Source: Leidyana gryllorum EB-2025a (lineage: Eukaryota > Protista > Apicomplexa). Taken from it: DNA of 64,000 nt. Below the pieces are notes generated by a model. That model had not been told where the DNA came from. It searched no databases and was given only the letters and a program-made list of their open reading frames with translations. The DNA lies in contig JBLWGC010000174.1 in NCBI GenBank assembly GCA_048772705.1, forward strand, positions 14,534 through 78,533. Direction: 5' to 3'. Shown here piece after piece: positions 44,286 through 56,945 of this stretch (its first letter is position 1; every line of letters begins with the position of its first letter). Position numbers and translations under genes: made by a program.

Positions 44286-45020
44286 AATCCACCCAATGAC
44301 AGCCGAACGCGACCGCCGAGTACTCCAGCATTTGACACCTATGAGTGCCCTAGCCGGGCAGGGCGACCAGGAGGCTGTTTGACCTTCAGGTATCATTCTC
44401 CCTCGCTTGGAAGAACGTTGCAAGTGGGTGTTGTAGCTCAGTCGGCAGAGTCTACCCCCTAACCACTCGGGCAAGTTGCCACCTCCAACTGGGCATCTTG
44501 CGCCCAGTGCCGTCACATACGGTTCAGCAAGCTCGACTCGGACGTCTCGCGCTGCCCGAACCTGCGGTCTCCCCTTGCGCTCTACCGACGGACTTGGGGC
44601 GGCGACGAAGCTCGGACTTAGTAACAAATTCCATTCGTATTGATCGTTGAATCTTGGGCCTTCCTCGGGTACAGGCCAAGCTGTATCAGAGATGCACTCA
44701 ATTGGTCACGGCCGGACTCCAACCGGGGACTCAGAACTTATTAGGCTCACGCTATGGCCGCCTGAAATACGCGACCGCTTCAGAGTTGAGGTCAACAGTC
44801 ACTAGCCGAAGGAGCCGACTGATGTGTTCAGCAAAGCCTTATGATTGGTACTGAACCGGCCACTCCGACCTTCGTCCACCCCGCCAAGCAGTCATTCCAA
44901 ACGCAAATACTGACATCGAGAAGGGGGTGTACCTACACCACTAACAGTCCCACACGGGAATCCCGACCGAAGGTGCGCTGGTCCGGATGGCTGTACCGAC
45001 TCTTTTAGGATGGGCTGAAT

Positions 45021-45092
45021 GGTTGCGTGGTGTAGTGGTTAGCACTGGAGACTTTGAATCTCCCGACCTGGGTTCGATTCCCGGCGCGACCT
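45021..45092 (+). tRNA. trnQ: tRNA-Gln(TTG)
   Basis: intact. Confidence 0.92.
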
Positions 45093-45154
45093 TGGAACTG
45101 GTCCTCACTACTTCGTGAAACTTCGCTATCCCTTGGGCTGCGGGGACCATCCGT

Positions 45155-45227
45155 GCAGCCATGGTCTAGCGGTTACGACGTCTGCTTCACACGCAGAAGG
45201 TCCCGAGTTCGATCCTCGGTGGCTGTA
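45155..45227 (+). tRNA. trnV: tRNA-Val(CAC)
   Basis: intact. Confidence 0.9.
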
Positions 45228-45581
45228 GCTTGCAACTTTCAGCGGCAACCAAAGGAAACAATCTCCGAAACTGGGCATCGAACCCGGATCTTCCGCGTGA
45301 CAGGCAGAAGTCCTGACCACTACTTTATCTCGGACGCTCGTCAACGCGCCGGACTTCAACCGCGAAAGTCTTCCTTCTCGAAACTTCACGGACAAAAAAC
45401 GCGTGGAGCGACGAACCAACAAGACTGCGGCAAGATGGCCTAGTGGTCTAAGGCTCTGTGTTCAGGCCGCAGTCCGAAAGGGCGTGGGTTCAAATCCCAC
45501 TCTTGTTGTCAGCCGTTGTATTGTATTGGTAGGTAGTCCCCTCTCTTCACTGATAGACAGGTCGTTCGAGCTACATACGGC

Positions 45582-45652
45582 TGCACCTGCCGGGACTCGA
45601 ACCCGGGTTACGACCTTGGAAGGGTCGCATCTTACCCTTAGACCACAAGTGC
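45582..45652 (-). tRNA. trnG: tRNA-Gly(TCC)
   Basis: intact. Confidence 0.92.
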
Positions 45653-45802
45653 AATTGCGAAAGAGTTGCAGCACCCCGAGACACTCGGGCGATTTCTGCG
45701 CGCCACCGTCCGCCATACACCCAAAATTGTCCACCGACTTCAAACTCATTGGCATGTGGTCAGGGATGGATTTCCAACATCTTCAACCTTCAGGTCATCT
45801 TT

Positions 45803-45874
45803 AGGGCACGCGCGGAGTTGAACCACGGACTTGCTGATCTGCAGTCAGCTGCTCTACCACTGAGCTACGTACCC
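45803..45874 (-). tRNA. trnC: tRNA-Cys(GCA)
   Basis: intact. Confidence 0.9.
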
Positions 45875-45970
45875 ACAAAACACCCGTCATACTCGCTCAA
45901 CTCGATTTTGTCTTCTTGTTTGAAGCAAAATGGCCGTTATTGTGCACGAGCTTGAACAACAACGAGTCAT

Positions 45971-46041
45971 GCATCTGTGGTCTAGTGGTAGAATGTCTCG
46001 TTGCCATCGAGACGACCCGGGTTCGATTCCCGGCAGATGCA
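45971..46041 (+). tRNA. trnG: tRNA-Gly(GCC)
   Basis: intact. Confidence 0.92.
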
Positions 46042-46681
46042 GCAGACACATGATTGTTTTCCCACCATTCCAGGGATTCACGCTTGAGTTGGTTGTTGAC
46101 CCCTCCAACCACATCGCACGACAACTGCTGGATTTGAACGCAACTTGTCCCATCGGGTGAACCGACGACCAAGAGGGCTGTGCTGGGAATCGAACCAGGA
46201 CTCCACCCTGAGGGGGGGTCATAGCACTAGACCAAACAGCCCATCGGTCCGTGGTGCAAATGGCTGGTACAGTCGAGAGACTGGTCATAATATGTCAAGA
46301 ACCACTAAATGCTATGGGGTATGCACAGCGGAATGATATAGCACAGCCACGACCGATGGAGTTGATGCCCGATCACATAACACGACAACTGCTGGATTCG
46401 AACCAGCGCGGGCCAGGCCCAATAGACTTCTAGACTAACCCCTTAACCACTCGGGCAAGCTGCCACCTGTCGAATTCGACATGTCGCGGAAGTGACCAAA
46501 TACCCCCATGTTCAGCCTGGCCTGCGGCATTGATAGATGTCTAAACTGACCTCTCGCGTGCAAAGTCACCGCTCTACCACTTGAGATTGCCGCCGACCCG
46601 CCAAACCTAGGTGAACTTCCAATCTGAGACCGACTCACAGTTCTCTGGCGCCTCATTCGTCAGTGCAACTGTTGTGACTCG

Positions 46682-46754
46682 TCCACTGTAGTCTAAGTGG
46701 CTAGGATATGCGGCTCTCACCCGCACGATCCGGGTTCAAGTCCCGGCAGTGGAA
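46682..46754 (+). tRNA. trnE: tRNA-Glu(CTC)
   Basis: intact. Confidence 0.92.
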
Positions 46755-46814
46755 CTCCAGCTGAGTGTGCTTGTAGGCAACAGTTCCATTCTTACTCCCA
46801 GGGAAATAGATGCA

Positions 46815-46887
46815 CACCGCCCGCGGGGCTCGAACCCTCAACTGCAAAATTAAGAGTCTTGCGCTCTACCGACTGATCTAGGGCGGC
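46815..46887 (-). pseudogene. degenerate tRNA-Lys(CTT)
   Basis: CTCTTAA loop, stem mismatches. Confidence 0.7.
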
Positions 46888-47098
46888 AGGAATGCAAGGA
46901 CACAAAACCCGATAGCCCGACATCTTAAGTGGCTTTGGTACCCAACAGCCTCACTTGAAGATTGTCCCGAATCCTGGCTTGGATAGTATGTCCCCGAATG
47001 GGAGATGCGGGTGAAGTCTGTCCACACCCACCATCGGGCGTAGCTGCCCATGTCCTGTCTTGATCGCTACACACTCCCATTTGACGGCTCCGTTAGTC

Positions 47099-47171
47099 GG
47101 CGCTATGGCCTAATGGATATGGCATCGGTCTACGGAACCGGGGATTCTGGGTTCGAGTCCCAGTAGCGTCT
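47099..47171 (+). tRNA. trnR: tRNA-Arg(ACG)
   Basis: intact. Confidence 0.92.
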
Positions 47172-47782
47172 GGGCGGATGGCCGGGTTGCAGCCTGTTGA
47201 GTCAACAACTCAGATCCTGTCTTAGCTGTCGGGGGATGGGTCGAGTGCCGTGTTGCGTCAACAACTATCAGACGGGCTGTTCTGGGAATCGAACCAGGAC
47301 TCCTTCCACCCTAAGGAAGGATCATACCACTAGACCAAACAGCCGCCTGACGGTCGTGCAACCCGCTGGGTACACTCGAGAGAGGGGTCATACTATGTGA
47401 AGTACCACTAAATGCGATGGGGTCTGCACAGCAGGGGACTAGCTCAAATGGTGAAGCGCTCGCTTAGCGTGCAAGAGGTACTGGGATCAATGCCCAGGTC
47501 GTCCAAAGTTTGTAGTGCTGCAACTGGCGCTATTTGACTACAGAGTTGAGAGCTTTGAGGGTGCCCTGTAGCCCTTAGATGGACTTGGGCACCGCAGTAT
47601 GTGTGAAGGTTGCCTCAGAGACCGGATCTGCGAGTTTGTATTTTACAACCACACGCTCTGCCGACTAAAGTACAAGAGCCAGTTTCAATATCTCAGAGGT
47701 TAGTAGAGATACGCGTGTTGCGTGTGTCCGGTTGAGGGCTAGTCCGGAGGCTCTACCAACTCTTTTTGTGAAGGAGTGAATG

Positions 47783-47854
47783 GGTTGCGTGGTGTAGTGG
47801 TTAGCACTGGAGACTCTGAATCTCCCGATCTGGGTTCGATTCCCGGCGCGACCT
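47783..47854 (+). tRNA. trnQ: tRNA-Gln(CTG)
   Basis: intact. Confidence 0.9.
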
Positions 47855-47917
47855 CACAACTAATTCTCACTGCTTTGTGAAACCTCACCACTCCTCTTGA
47901 TCTGGGGGACCTTCCGT

Positions 47918-47990
47918 GCAGCCATGGTCTAGTGGTCACGACGTCTGCTTAACACGCAGAAGGTCCCGAGTTCGATCCTCGGTGGCTGTA
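47918..47990 (+). tRNA. trnV: tRNA-Val(AAC)
   Basis: TTAACAC loop. Confidence 0.9.
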
Positions 47991-48916
47991 ACTCGCGTTT
48001 GTCAGGCGAGCACCACGAAATCTAAAGCGGAAGAACGAAGTGTCTCCGAGACCGGTAATCGAACCCGGTCTTCCGAGTGACAGGCGGAAATACTAAGCAC
48101 TATACTATCTCGGACGCTCGTGGATACCCCGGCCTTCAACCCCAAAAATCCTCCCTTCTCGAGACTTCACGGACAAGCGTGTAAAGTGGCGAGCCAAGGA
48201 CACTCCGGCAAGATGGCCGAGTGGTCCAAGGCGCTGTGTTAAGGCCGCAGTCCGAAAGGGCGGGTGAAGTCTGTCCAGACCCACCATCGGGCGTCGCTGC
48301 CCATGTCCTGTCTTGATCGCTACACACTTCCATTTGACGGCTCCGCTAGTCGGCGCTAGGGCCTAATGGATATGGCATCGGTCTACGGAACCGGGGATTC
48401 TGGGTTCGAGTCCCAGTAGCGTCTGGGCGAATGGCCGGGTTGCAGCCTGCGGAGTCAACAACTCAGATCCCGTCTTAGCTGTCCGGGATGGGTCGAGTGC
48501 CGTGTTGCGTCAACAACTATCAGACGGGCTGTTCTTGGAATGGAACCCAGGACTTCTTCCACCCGAAGGAAGAATCATACCACTAGACCAAACAGCCGCC
48601 TAGCCGGTGGTTCAACCCGCGCGGGTATAGTCGAGAGACTCGTCTCACTATGTGAAGTATCACTCAATGCCATGAGGTAGGCACAGAGGGAGGCTAGCCC
48701 AGATGATGAAACGGTGGCTTAGTATACGAAAGGTTCTGGGATCGATTCCCAACCCATCCGAACTACGTAGATGGAACCCAGGACTTCTTCCACCCGAAGG
48801 AAAAATCATACCACTAGACCAATCAGCCGCCTGTCGGTCGTGAAACCCGCTAAATACAGTCCAGAGAGTGGTCATACGATGTTGAGAACAAAAAACTGCG
48901 ATGGGGTCTGCACAAT

Positions 48917-48989
48917 GGGCGACTAGCTCAAATGGTAGAGCGCTCGCTTAGCATGCGAGAGGTACTGGGATCGATGCCCAGGTCGTCCA
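48917..48989 (+). tRNA. trnA: tRNA-Ala(AGC)
   Basis: intact. Confidence 0.92.
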
Positions 48990-49275
48990 AACTTCGTAGT
49001 TTTCAACTGCCGGTATTTTTACGACCTTGGAAGGGTCCAAGAGCACAAGTGCCGTCTAGAGAGTACGGTGCCGCAGAACCCGGTCCTGGTAGCTTTCGAA
49101 CCTGCGACTTTGTGGTTAACAGCCACACGCTCTGCCGACTGAGCTACCAGACCCAGTGACAATCTTTCAGAGGTTAGTAGAGAGACCCTTCATCTTCTAC
49201 CGAAGAATTTTGCAGCCCTCTCAGGTCGTTATCGAGACCTGAGAGACCAGCCAGAAAAGCTTGAGCTTGTGAGCA

Positions 49276-49347
49276 AGCCTTCTGCCGGAATCGAACCGGC
49301 GACCTTTCGCTTACTAAGCGAATGCTCTGCCCCTAAGCTAAGAAGGC
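49276..49347 (-). tRNA. trnT: tRNA-Thr(AGT)
   Basis: intact. Confidence 0.92.
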
Positions 49348-49570
49348 AATGCAAGCCGAAGATCACGAATCAGACACTATTGACGGAGATTGCTGGGCAC
49401 TTTGCTCAAGTATTCCACTGACTTCAACCACTGACTTCCACTGCCGGACTTGAGCGCGGAGCTTGCAGGTGAGGCCGCATATCCTAGCCACTCAGACTAC
49501 AGTGGACAACATTCCACAGCGAAGGCAGCTAGTCAGCTAAATCATCGAAGTAAAGTGCTGAGCATTTGGC

Positions 49571-49643
49571 TACCTACGGCGAGACTCGAACTCGCAACCT
49601 TTGGATTAGAAGTCCAACGCGCTATCCATTGCGCCACGTAGGC
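49571..49643 (-). tRNA. trnR: tRNA-Arg(TCT)
   Basis: intact. Confidence 0.92.
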
Positions 49644-50297
49644 GGCGGCTTTTCGACTAGATTGAAATAACAACATTCACGTTTTTGGACCACGCGCCAG
49701 CCGTTTATCTGCAGCTAAAGTTGCATGGAGTTTGGACGGCCTGGGTATCGATCCCAGTACCTCTTGCATGCAAAGCGAGCGCTGCACCATCTGAGGTAGC
49801 CGCTCATCCGTACAACATGGAGGACCTATTGCATCCAGTGGCTGACCGAGTACCGATACCATGGCTGACAAGAGTTGGATTCGAACCCACGCCCTTTCGG
49901 ACAGCGGCCTGAACACAGCGCCTTAGACCACTCGGCCATCTTGCCGCAGTCTTGTTGGTTCGTCGCTCCACGCGTTTTTTGTCCGTGAGCCGAAATAGAA
50001 AGACTTCTGGGATTGGAGGCCGGCGTGTTCGGAGCGTCCGAGTCAGTATAGTGGTTAGTGTCTCCGCCTGTCACGCGGAAGACCCGGGTTCGATTCCCGG
50101 TCTCGAAACGCAGGTGGTTTCGCTTGAGATTCTCTGCTTCGGTTCTCGCTGAAAGTTGCGAGCTACAGCCACCGAGGATCGAACTCGGGACTTCTGCGTG
50201 CGAAGCAGACGTCGTAACCACTAGACCGTTGCTGCACGGATGGCCCCCGCAGCCCAAGACATGGCGAAGTTCCAGGGAGTAGTGAGGACCAGTTCCA

Positions 50298-50369
50298 AGG
50301 TCGCGCCGCGAATCGAACCCAGGTCGGGAGATTCAGAGTCTCCAGTGCTAACCACTACACGACGCAACC
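50298..50369 (-). tRNA. trnQ: tRNA-Gln(CTG)
   Basis: copy of 8067. Confidence 0.8.
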
Positions 50370-50565
50370 GGCTCAGCCCATCCCAGAAGAGTCTGTTGAA
50401 TTATCCGTACTAGCGCTTCCTCAACTGGACACACGCAACACGGGTCTCTCTACTGATCTCTGAAATATTTTAAGTGGCTCCTGTATATAGCGCCCAGCGT
50501 AGGCGTTGGATTTGGGTCGGACAGAAAGCTCACTTAAATCCTTGAAGCAGTTGCGCAAATGCAAC

Positions 50566-50647
50566 CGACAAGGGTGAGATTCGAACTCACGCGGGTGAAA
50601 CCCAACGGCTTAGCAGGCCGCCGCCTTAACCACTCGGCCACCTTGCC
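50566..50647 (-). tRNA. trnS: tRNA-Ser(GCT)
   Basis: intact. Confidence 0.92.
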
Positions 50648-50898
50648 GAGAGTGGAACGGGCTACACATTCCATCGGGAATCCCGTGCGAAATTGGTAGT
50701 GCCCCTTCTCGATGTCAGTATTTGCCTTTGGAATGACTGCTTGGATTTGCAGTCAGCTGCTCTACCACTGAGCTACGTACCCACAAAATACCTGTCATAC
50801 TCGCTCAACTCGATTCTGTCTTCTTATTTGAAGCAAAACGGCCGTTATTGTGCACGTTTCTGGGGTTGAGCCTTTCGAACCCCGGAGCAGTTGGACGG

Positions 50899-50978
50899 CC
50901 GGGGGTAGCTCAGTTGGTAGAGCATCTGACTGTAGTGCTGGCATCAGATAGTCGGCGGTTCGATTCCGTCCCACCGGA
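50899..50978 (+). tRNA. trnY: tRNA-Tyr(GTA) with 7-nt intron
   Basis: copy of 8668. Confidence 0.88.
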
Positions 50979-51221
50979 AGTAGAGTGGTGATTGGCAAAG
51001 TACTAGACAGCGTTGATAGGCCAACCAGACTACTCTGGCGAGGGTTCCATCTATGTAGTTCGGATGGGCTGAGGATCGATCCCGGAACCTTTCGTATACC
51101 AAGCACCGTTTCATCATCTGGGCTAGCCTCCCTCTGTGCCTACCTCATGGCATTGAGTGATACTCCACATAGTGAGACGAGTCTCTCGACTGTACCCAGC
51201 GGGTTGAACCACCGGCTAGGC

Positions 51222-51293
51222 GGCTGTTTGGTCTAGTGGTATGATCCTTCCTTAGGGTGGAAGGAGTCCTGGGTTCGATTCCCAGAACAGCCC
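51222..51293 (+). tRNA. trnP: tRNA-Pro(AGG)
   Basis: intact. Confidence 0.92.
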
Positions 51294-51427
51294 TCTTGGT
51301 TGTCGGTTGACCGGATGGGATAAGCAGGTTTTAGAAGTAACACAGCCACCTCGTTACCACTTCGGCACTCAAGGCAATTAGCATCTCAAAAATCGCATTT
51401 CGGCTCCCTCTTCCATGGTGCAGACTG

Positions 51428-51499
51428 AGCAGTGTAGCTCAGTGGAAGAGTGTTGGGCTCATAACCCAAAGGTCCGTCGATCGAAACGACGCACTGCTA
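51428..51499 (+). tRNA. trnM: initiator tRNA-Met(CAT)
   Basis: iMet hallmarks. Confidence 0.93.
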
Positions 51500-51876
51500 A
51501 GTGTGCGCAGGAGGGAAACAGTTGTAGAATTGACTGGGTCGTGAGCAAAGCCTTCTGCCGGAATCGAGCCGGCGCTTACGAAGCGAACGCTCTGCCCCTA
51601 AGCTTAGAAGGCAATGTAAGTCGGAGATAACGAAGCGATGGCTACTGACGGAGATTAGTGGAGCACTTTGCTCGAGTACTTCAATGACTTCCACTGCCGG
51701 GACTTGAACCCGGATCGTGCGGGTGAGAGCCGCATATCCTAGCCACTTAGACCACAGTAGACAACTCCCTCAGCTGCAGCTTTAGCCGAGAGCCGTACCC
51801 TCTTGACAAGACGTGGTTGCAATCCTGCGGTACAAAAAGGAGGATGTCTATACTAACCTGTGAACCATTGTAGCTG

Positions 51877-51949
51877 GGTCTTGTAGCTCAGTCGGCAGAG
51901 CGTGTGGTTGTTAACCACAAAGTCGCAGGTTCGAAACCTGCCAGGACCG
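51877..51949 (+). tRNA. trnN: tRNA-Asn(GTT)
   Basis: Asn body. Confidence 0.88.
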
Positions 51950-52197
51950 GTTTCAGAGGCACACTAAACACTGACTGCGCTGCTCTCCCAATGGCACTTG
52001 TGGTCTGCGACTCTTCAAAGATGTAAGTTTGTTTGGATCCCGCCACGTGCAGCCGTATGTACTTTGGACGACCTGGGTATCGATCCCAGTACCTCTCGCA
52101 TGCGAAGCGAGCGCACTACCATCTGAGCTAGCCGCCCATGCGCTCTACATGGAAGACCTATTGCATCCAGTGGCTGACCGAGGGCCGATAAAACGGC

Positions 52198-52277
52198 TGA
52201 CAAGAGTGGGATTCGAACCCACGCCCTTTCGGACTGCGGCCTTAACACAGCGCCTTGGACCACTCGGCCATCTTGCC
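52198..52277 (-). tRNA. trnL: tRNA-Leu(AAG)
   Basis: intact. Confidence 0.92.
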
Positions 52278-52504
52278 GGAGTGTTCTTGGCTCGCCACTT
52301 TACACGTTTTCTGTTCGTGAAGTCTCGAGAAGGAAGGCTTTTCTCACGGCCCGCGGTGCTTAGATGGCAACCCATCTGATGGTAGTGGTGGCATCAGCTA
52401 TTCGACGAGGAAATTCCGTCCGCCGGGAGTTGAGGAGTGGACTTCTTACAACACATTCCATCCTGATCGATGCTTCGCTACCTCTACAGCCTCGCTCAAA
52501 GATT

Positions 52505-52576
52505 GTCCGAGTCGTCTAGTGGTTAGGACAGCACGTTGTGGCCGTGTAAACCCAGGCTCGATTCCTGGCTCGGACA
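52505..52576 (+). tRNA. trnH: tRNA-His(GTG)
   Basis: His body. Confidence 0.85.
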
Positions 52577-52651
52577 AGCAGTCTAAAGTGCATTGCTCTT
52601 CGCCCCGGTTGAAAATATTGTTGCAGCCATGGTCAAGCCTGTACGATCGGC

Positions 52652-52722
52652 TGCACCTGCCGGGACTCGAACCCGGGCTGCGAGCATGGGAAGCTCGCAT
52701 CCTACCCTTGGACCACAAGTGC
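52652..52722 (-). tRNA. trnG: tRNA-Gly(CCC)
   Basis: intact. Confidence 0.9.
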
Positions 52723-53491
52723 ACTCGAGAAAGAGCTTCAGCACCCCGAGACTCGGCCGCAGTCTGCGTTGAGCTAGTGGGTGCCTCAGGTACTGGCAGG
52801 TTCCACTGCGACTTGTGGAGATCTGAGTGGCTGATGAGGTTCAGCTTTGCAGGTGCCCAGTCGATGCAGTCGAGCCTCCTGCCGGAAACGAACCGGCGAC
52901 CTTTCGCTTACTAAGCGAATGCTCTGCCCCTAAGCTAAGAAGGCAATGCAAGCCGAAGATCACGAGTCAGTCACTATTGACGGAGGTTACTGAAGCACTT
53001 TGCTCGAATAGTCCAATGACTTCCACTGTCGGACTTGAACCCGGATCGTGCGGGTGAAAGCCGCATATCCTAGCCACTTAGACTACAGTGGACAACGTCC
53101 TCAGCTGCAGCTTTGGACGAGAGATAGAGCGTCGGGTCAACCGACAACCAACGGGGCTGCTCTGGGAATCAAACCCAGGACTTCTTCTACCCTAAGGAAG
53201 GATCAGACCACCAGACCAAACAGCCGCCTAGCCGGTGGTTCAACCCGCTGGGTATAGTCGAGAGACTCGTCTCACTATGTGAAGTATCACTCAGTGTCAT
53301 GAGGTAGGCACAGAGGGAGGCTGGCCCAGATGATGAAACGGTGGCTTAGTATACGAAAGGTTCTGGGATCGATTCCCAACCTTTCCGAACTACAATAGAT
53401 GGAACCCTCGCCGGAGTTGTCTAGTTGGCCTATCAACGCTGTCTGCCAAAATCGTCAGGTTGAGTAGTAGTTCTCAAACCATCTCTCTACT

Positions 53492-53573
53492 TCCGGTGGG
53501 ACGGAATCGAACCGCCGACTATCTGATGCCACTACTACAGTCAGATGCTCTACCAACTGAGCTACCCCCCCGG
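53492..53573 (-). tRNA. trnY: tRNA-Tyr(GTA), 7-nt intron variant TAGTGGC, expanded 5' G-run
   Basis: intron 53528-53534. Confidence 0.78.
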
Positions 53574-54294
53574 CCGGCCAACGGCGTCGAGGTATGCAAG
53601 CTCAACCTCAAACCCTGGACGGTGACAGTTTAAGCTCTCAACTACGCCACAGATTTCGGGGTCGTCCGAGGTGCCAGACTCAAGTTCTGGTAAGACTAGA
53701 CGATCTGGGATATCGATTCTAGTAGCTGGTTGCATCCAATGGCTCACCGAGTGCCAATACAACGGCTGACAAGAGTGGGATTCGAACCCACGCCCTTTCG
53801 GACTGCGGCCTGAACACAGCGCCTTGGACCACTCGGACCACTTGGCCATCTTGCCGAAATGTTGTTGGCTCGCCGCTCCACGCTTTTTCTATCCGTGGAA
53901 TCTCAAAATGGAAGAACTTCTGGGGTTGCAGGCCGGCGTATCCAGAGCGTCCGAGATAGTATAGCGCTTAGTATTTCCGCCTATTACGCGGAAGACCAGG
54001 CTGGATTCCCGGTCTCGGAGCAGTTCCAGCCCCTCACAACTGCTGCAACTCAGATTTTGTCTCAGCTGGTCTGGACTTCATCCGGGATTATACGAGTGGG
54101 AGCCGCGTATGGTAGCCGACCTTGGAGAGACGTGGCATTCAGTCAACAACTATCAGACGGGCTCTTCTGGGAATCGAACACAGGCCTTCTTCCACCCGAC
54201 AGAAGAATCATACCACTAGACCAAACAGCCGCCTGTCGGTCGTGCAAACCGCTGAGGACACTTGAGATAGTGACACCAAATGTCACAACGTCGC

Positions 54295-54367
54295 TGCCTC
54301 GGCCGTGGATCGAACACGGGACTTCCAGATCTTCAGTCTGGCGCTCTCCCAACTGAGCTACCGAGGC
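54295..54367 (-). tRNA. trnF: tRNA-Phe(GAA)
   Basis: intact. Confidence 0.92.
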
Positions 54368-54762
54368 GGTAGGTAGTCACGGAAGGCGATGAAAATAAGC
54401 ACTTACCGCGGCGGTATGTGGGGCCACTCCTCGCCGCATGGCGAAATCGACAGTAGCCAACTTGCCCGAGTGGGGAAGGGGGTGGATTGGAATTCATGCG
54501 TAAGTTGGTGTCTGACCCCTCCAATCACATCGCACGACAACTGCTGGATCTGCACCAGCGCGGCCCAGGCCCAGTTGAATTCTGTGGTGGAAATGATGCT
54601 ATTCCCAGCATCAAACCCTCATATGGATCGAGACAGGGAGTGCCTTCTTAGCTTAGGGGCAGAGCATTCGCTTAGTAAGCGAAAGGTCGCCGATTTGATT
54701 TCGGCAGAAGGCTTTGGTCACGACCCAATCAATTCTATAACTGTTTCCCTCCTGCGCACACT

Positions 54763-54834
54763 TAGCAGTGCGTCGTTTCGATCGACGAACCTTTGGGTTA
54801 TGAGCCCAACACTCTTCCACTGAGCTACACTGCT
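54763..54834 (-). tRNA. trnM: initiator tRNA-Met(CAT)
   Basis: iMet hallmarks. Confidence 0.88.
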
Positions 54835-54969
54835 CAGTCTGCAACATGGAAGAGGGAGCCGAAATGCGATTCTTGAGATGTTAATGGCCTTGAGTGCCGA
54901 AGTGGGCCAACGAGGTGGCTGTGTTGGCTGTGAGGGCAACTTGTCCCATCGGGTCAACCGACAACCAAC

Positions 54970-55041
54970 GGGCTGTTCTGGGAATCGAACCCAGGACTCC
55001 TTCCACGCTAAGGAAGGATCATACCACTAGACCAAACAGCC
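54970..55041 (-). tRNA. tRNA-Pro body with AGC (Ala) anticodon
   Basis: CTTCC-TT-AGC-GT-GGAAG; otherwise equals Pro(AGG). Confidence 0.8.
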
Positions 55042-55244
55042 GACTGGTCGGTGGTGGAAATTGCTGGTAGAGTCGGGAGACTGGTCATAATATGTCAGCG
55101 GCTAGCTCAAATGATATAGCACTCGCTTAAGATGCGAGAGATACTGGGATCAATGCCCAGGTCGTCCAAACTTCTAACAGCTGCACCTGCGGTATTTGAA
55201 AACAGAGTCACGACCGAATGGAGTTGATGCCCGATCACATAACA

Positions 55245-55326
55245 CGACAACTGCTGGATTTGAACCAGCGCGGTCCACGCCCAGTAGATTTCTAGTCTAC
55301 CCCCTTAACCACTCGGGCAAGTTGCC
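55245..55326 (-). tRNA. trnS: tRNA-Ser(AGA) variant
   Basis: Ser body. Confidence 0.8.
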
Positions 55327-55536
55327 ACCTGTTCAACTCGGCATTTTGCGGCCAGTGGCTCCACATACGGTTCAGCAAGTTTGACTAGGACTCTCCACCA
55401 TTGAGTCTTGCGCTCTAGCGACGGAGCTGGCGCGGCAGGGAAGCTCGGACTTGGTAACAAGTTCCTTTCGTATTAGTCGCAGAATGTTGTGGTTTCCTCG
55501 TGTGCGGGGCGACTCTTTAGCAGAGATCCCCTCACT

Positions 55537-55610
55537 TGGTCACGCCCGGGCTCGAACCGAGGACCTTGAGGTTATTAGGCTCACGCTCTAACCGACTGAG
55601 CTACGCGACC
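55537..55610 (-). tRNA. trnI: tRNA-Ile(AAT) variant
   Basis: inverted copy of 16356. Confidence 0.8.
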
Positions 55611-55819
55611 ACTTCTGCAACGACAGATGGCACCGACCCGGATGCTGGATCCCCCAGAGCTGGAATCAAACATCAGAGCCATTTAGACACTGGCGGACAG
55701 CACCCAATTTTCTAAGCAGGAGTCAGACGCGCTACGTTCCGCCATAGGCCCAAAAACATCCCCCGCTCCAGACTCATTGCCTTGTGGTCCAACATCTCCG
55801 ATCGTTCCAAACCATCTTC

Positions 55820-55891
55820 AGGGCACGCGCGGAGTTAAACCACGGACTTGCTGATCTGCAGTCAGCTGCTCTACCACTGAGCTACGTACCC
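55820..55891 (-). tRNA. trnC: tRNA-Cys(GCA)
   Basis: inverted copy of 16075. Confidence 0.8.
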
Positions 55892-56202
55892 ACAAACTAC
55901 CCGTCATACTCGCTCAACTCGATTCTGTCTTCTCTTCTGAAGCAAAACGGCCGGTATTGTGCACGAGCTTAAACAACAACGAGTTGTGCATCTGTGGTCT
56001 TGTGGTAGAATGTGTCGTTGCCACCGAGACGACCCAGGTTCGATTCCCGACAGACGCAGGAGGCACGCCTCAAACCGCCGTGGCAAATTAGCAGAGACGC
56101 TGACAAGCTTGGTCGGCACGAGGCCGGGGCATTCTGACACTTGATGTAACAACCCCCTGAGATAGAATCGAATGTGAGTTACGCGGTGGAACGGCGGTGA
56201 TC

Positions 56203-56276
56203 GCTCCCCTAGCTCAGCTGGTTAGAGCATCGGCCTTATGTGCCGAAGGTCGAGGGTTCGATTCCCCCGGGGAGCA
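56203..56276 (+). tRNA. trnI: tRNA-Ile(TAT)
   Basis: inverted copy of 15690. Confidence 0.85.
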
Positions 56277-56945
56277 AATCAACCCAATGACAGCCGAACG
56301 CGACCGCCGAGTAGTCCAGCATTTGACACCTATGAGTGCCCTAGCCGGGCAGGCCGACCAGGAGACTGTTTGGTCTGAAGGTATGATTTTTCCTCGCTTA
56401 AAAGAACATTGCAACTGGGTCTTGTAGCTCAGTCGGCAGAGTCTACCCCCTAACCACTCGGGCAAGTTGCCACCTGTCCAACTGGGCATCTTGCGCCCAG
56501 TGCCGTCACATACGGTTCAGCAAGCTCGACTCGGACTTCTCGCGCTGCCCGAACCTGCGGTCTCCCATCAAAAGTCTTGCGCTCTATCGACGGACTTGGG
56601 GCGGCGACGAAGCTCGGACTTAGTAACAAATTCCATTCGTATTGATCGTTGAATCTTGGGCCTTCCTCGGGTACAGGGCGAAGCTGTATCAGAGATGCAC
56701 TCACTTGGTCACGCACGGGCTCCAACCGCGGACTCAGAACTCATTAGGCTCACGCTCTGGCCGCCTGAAATACGCGACCGCTTCAGAGTTGAGGTGAACA
56801 GTCACTAGCCAAAGGAGCCGACTGATGTGTTCAGCAAAACCCCATGACTGGGATTGAAGCGGCCGCTCAGACCTTTCTGCACGGAGAAGGGGCACTACCA
56901 ATTCGCACGGGATTCCCGATGGAAGGCGTAGCCCGTTCCACTCTC

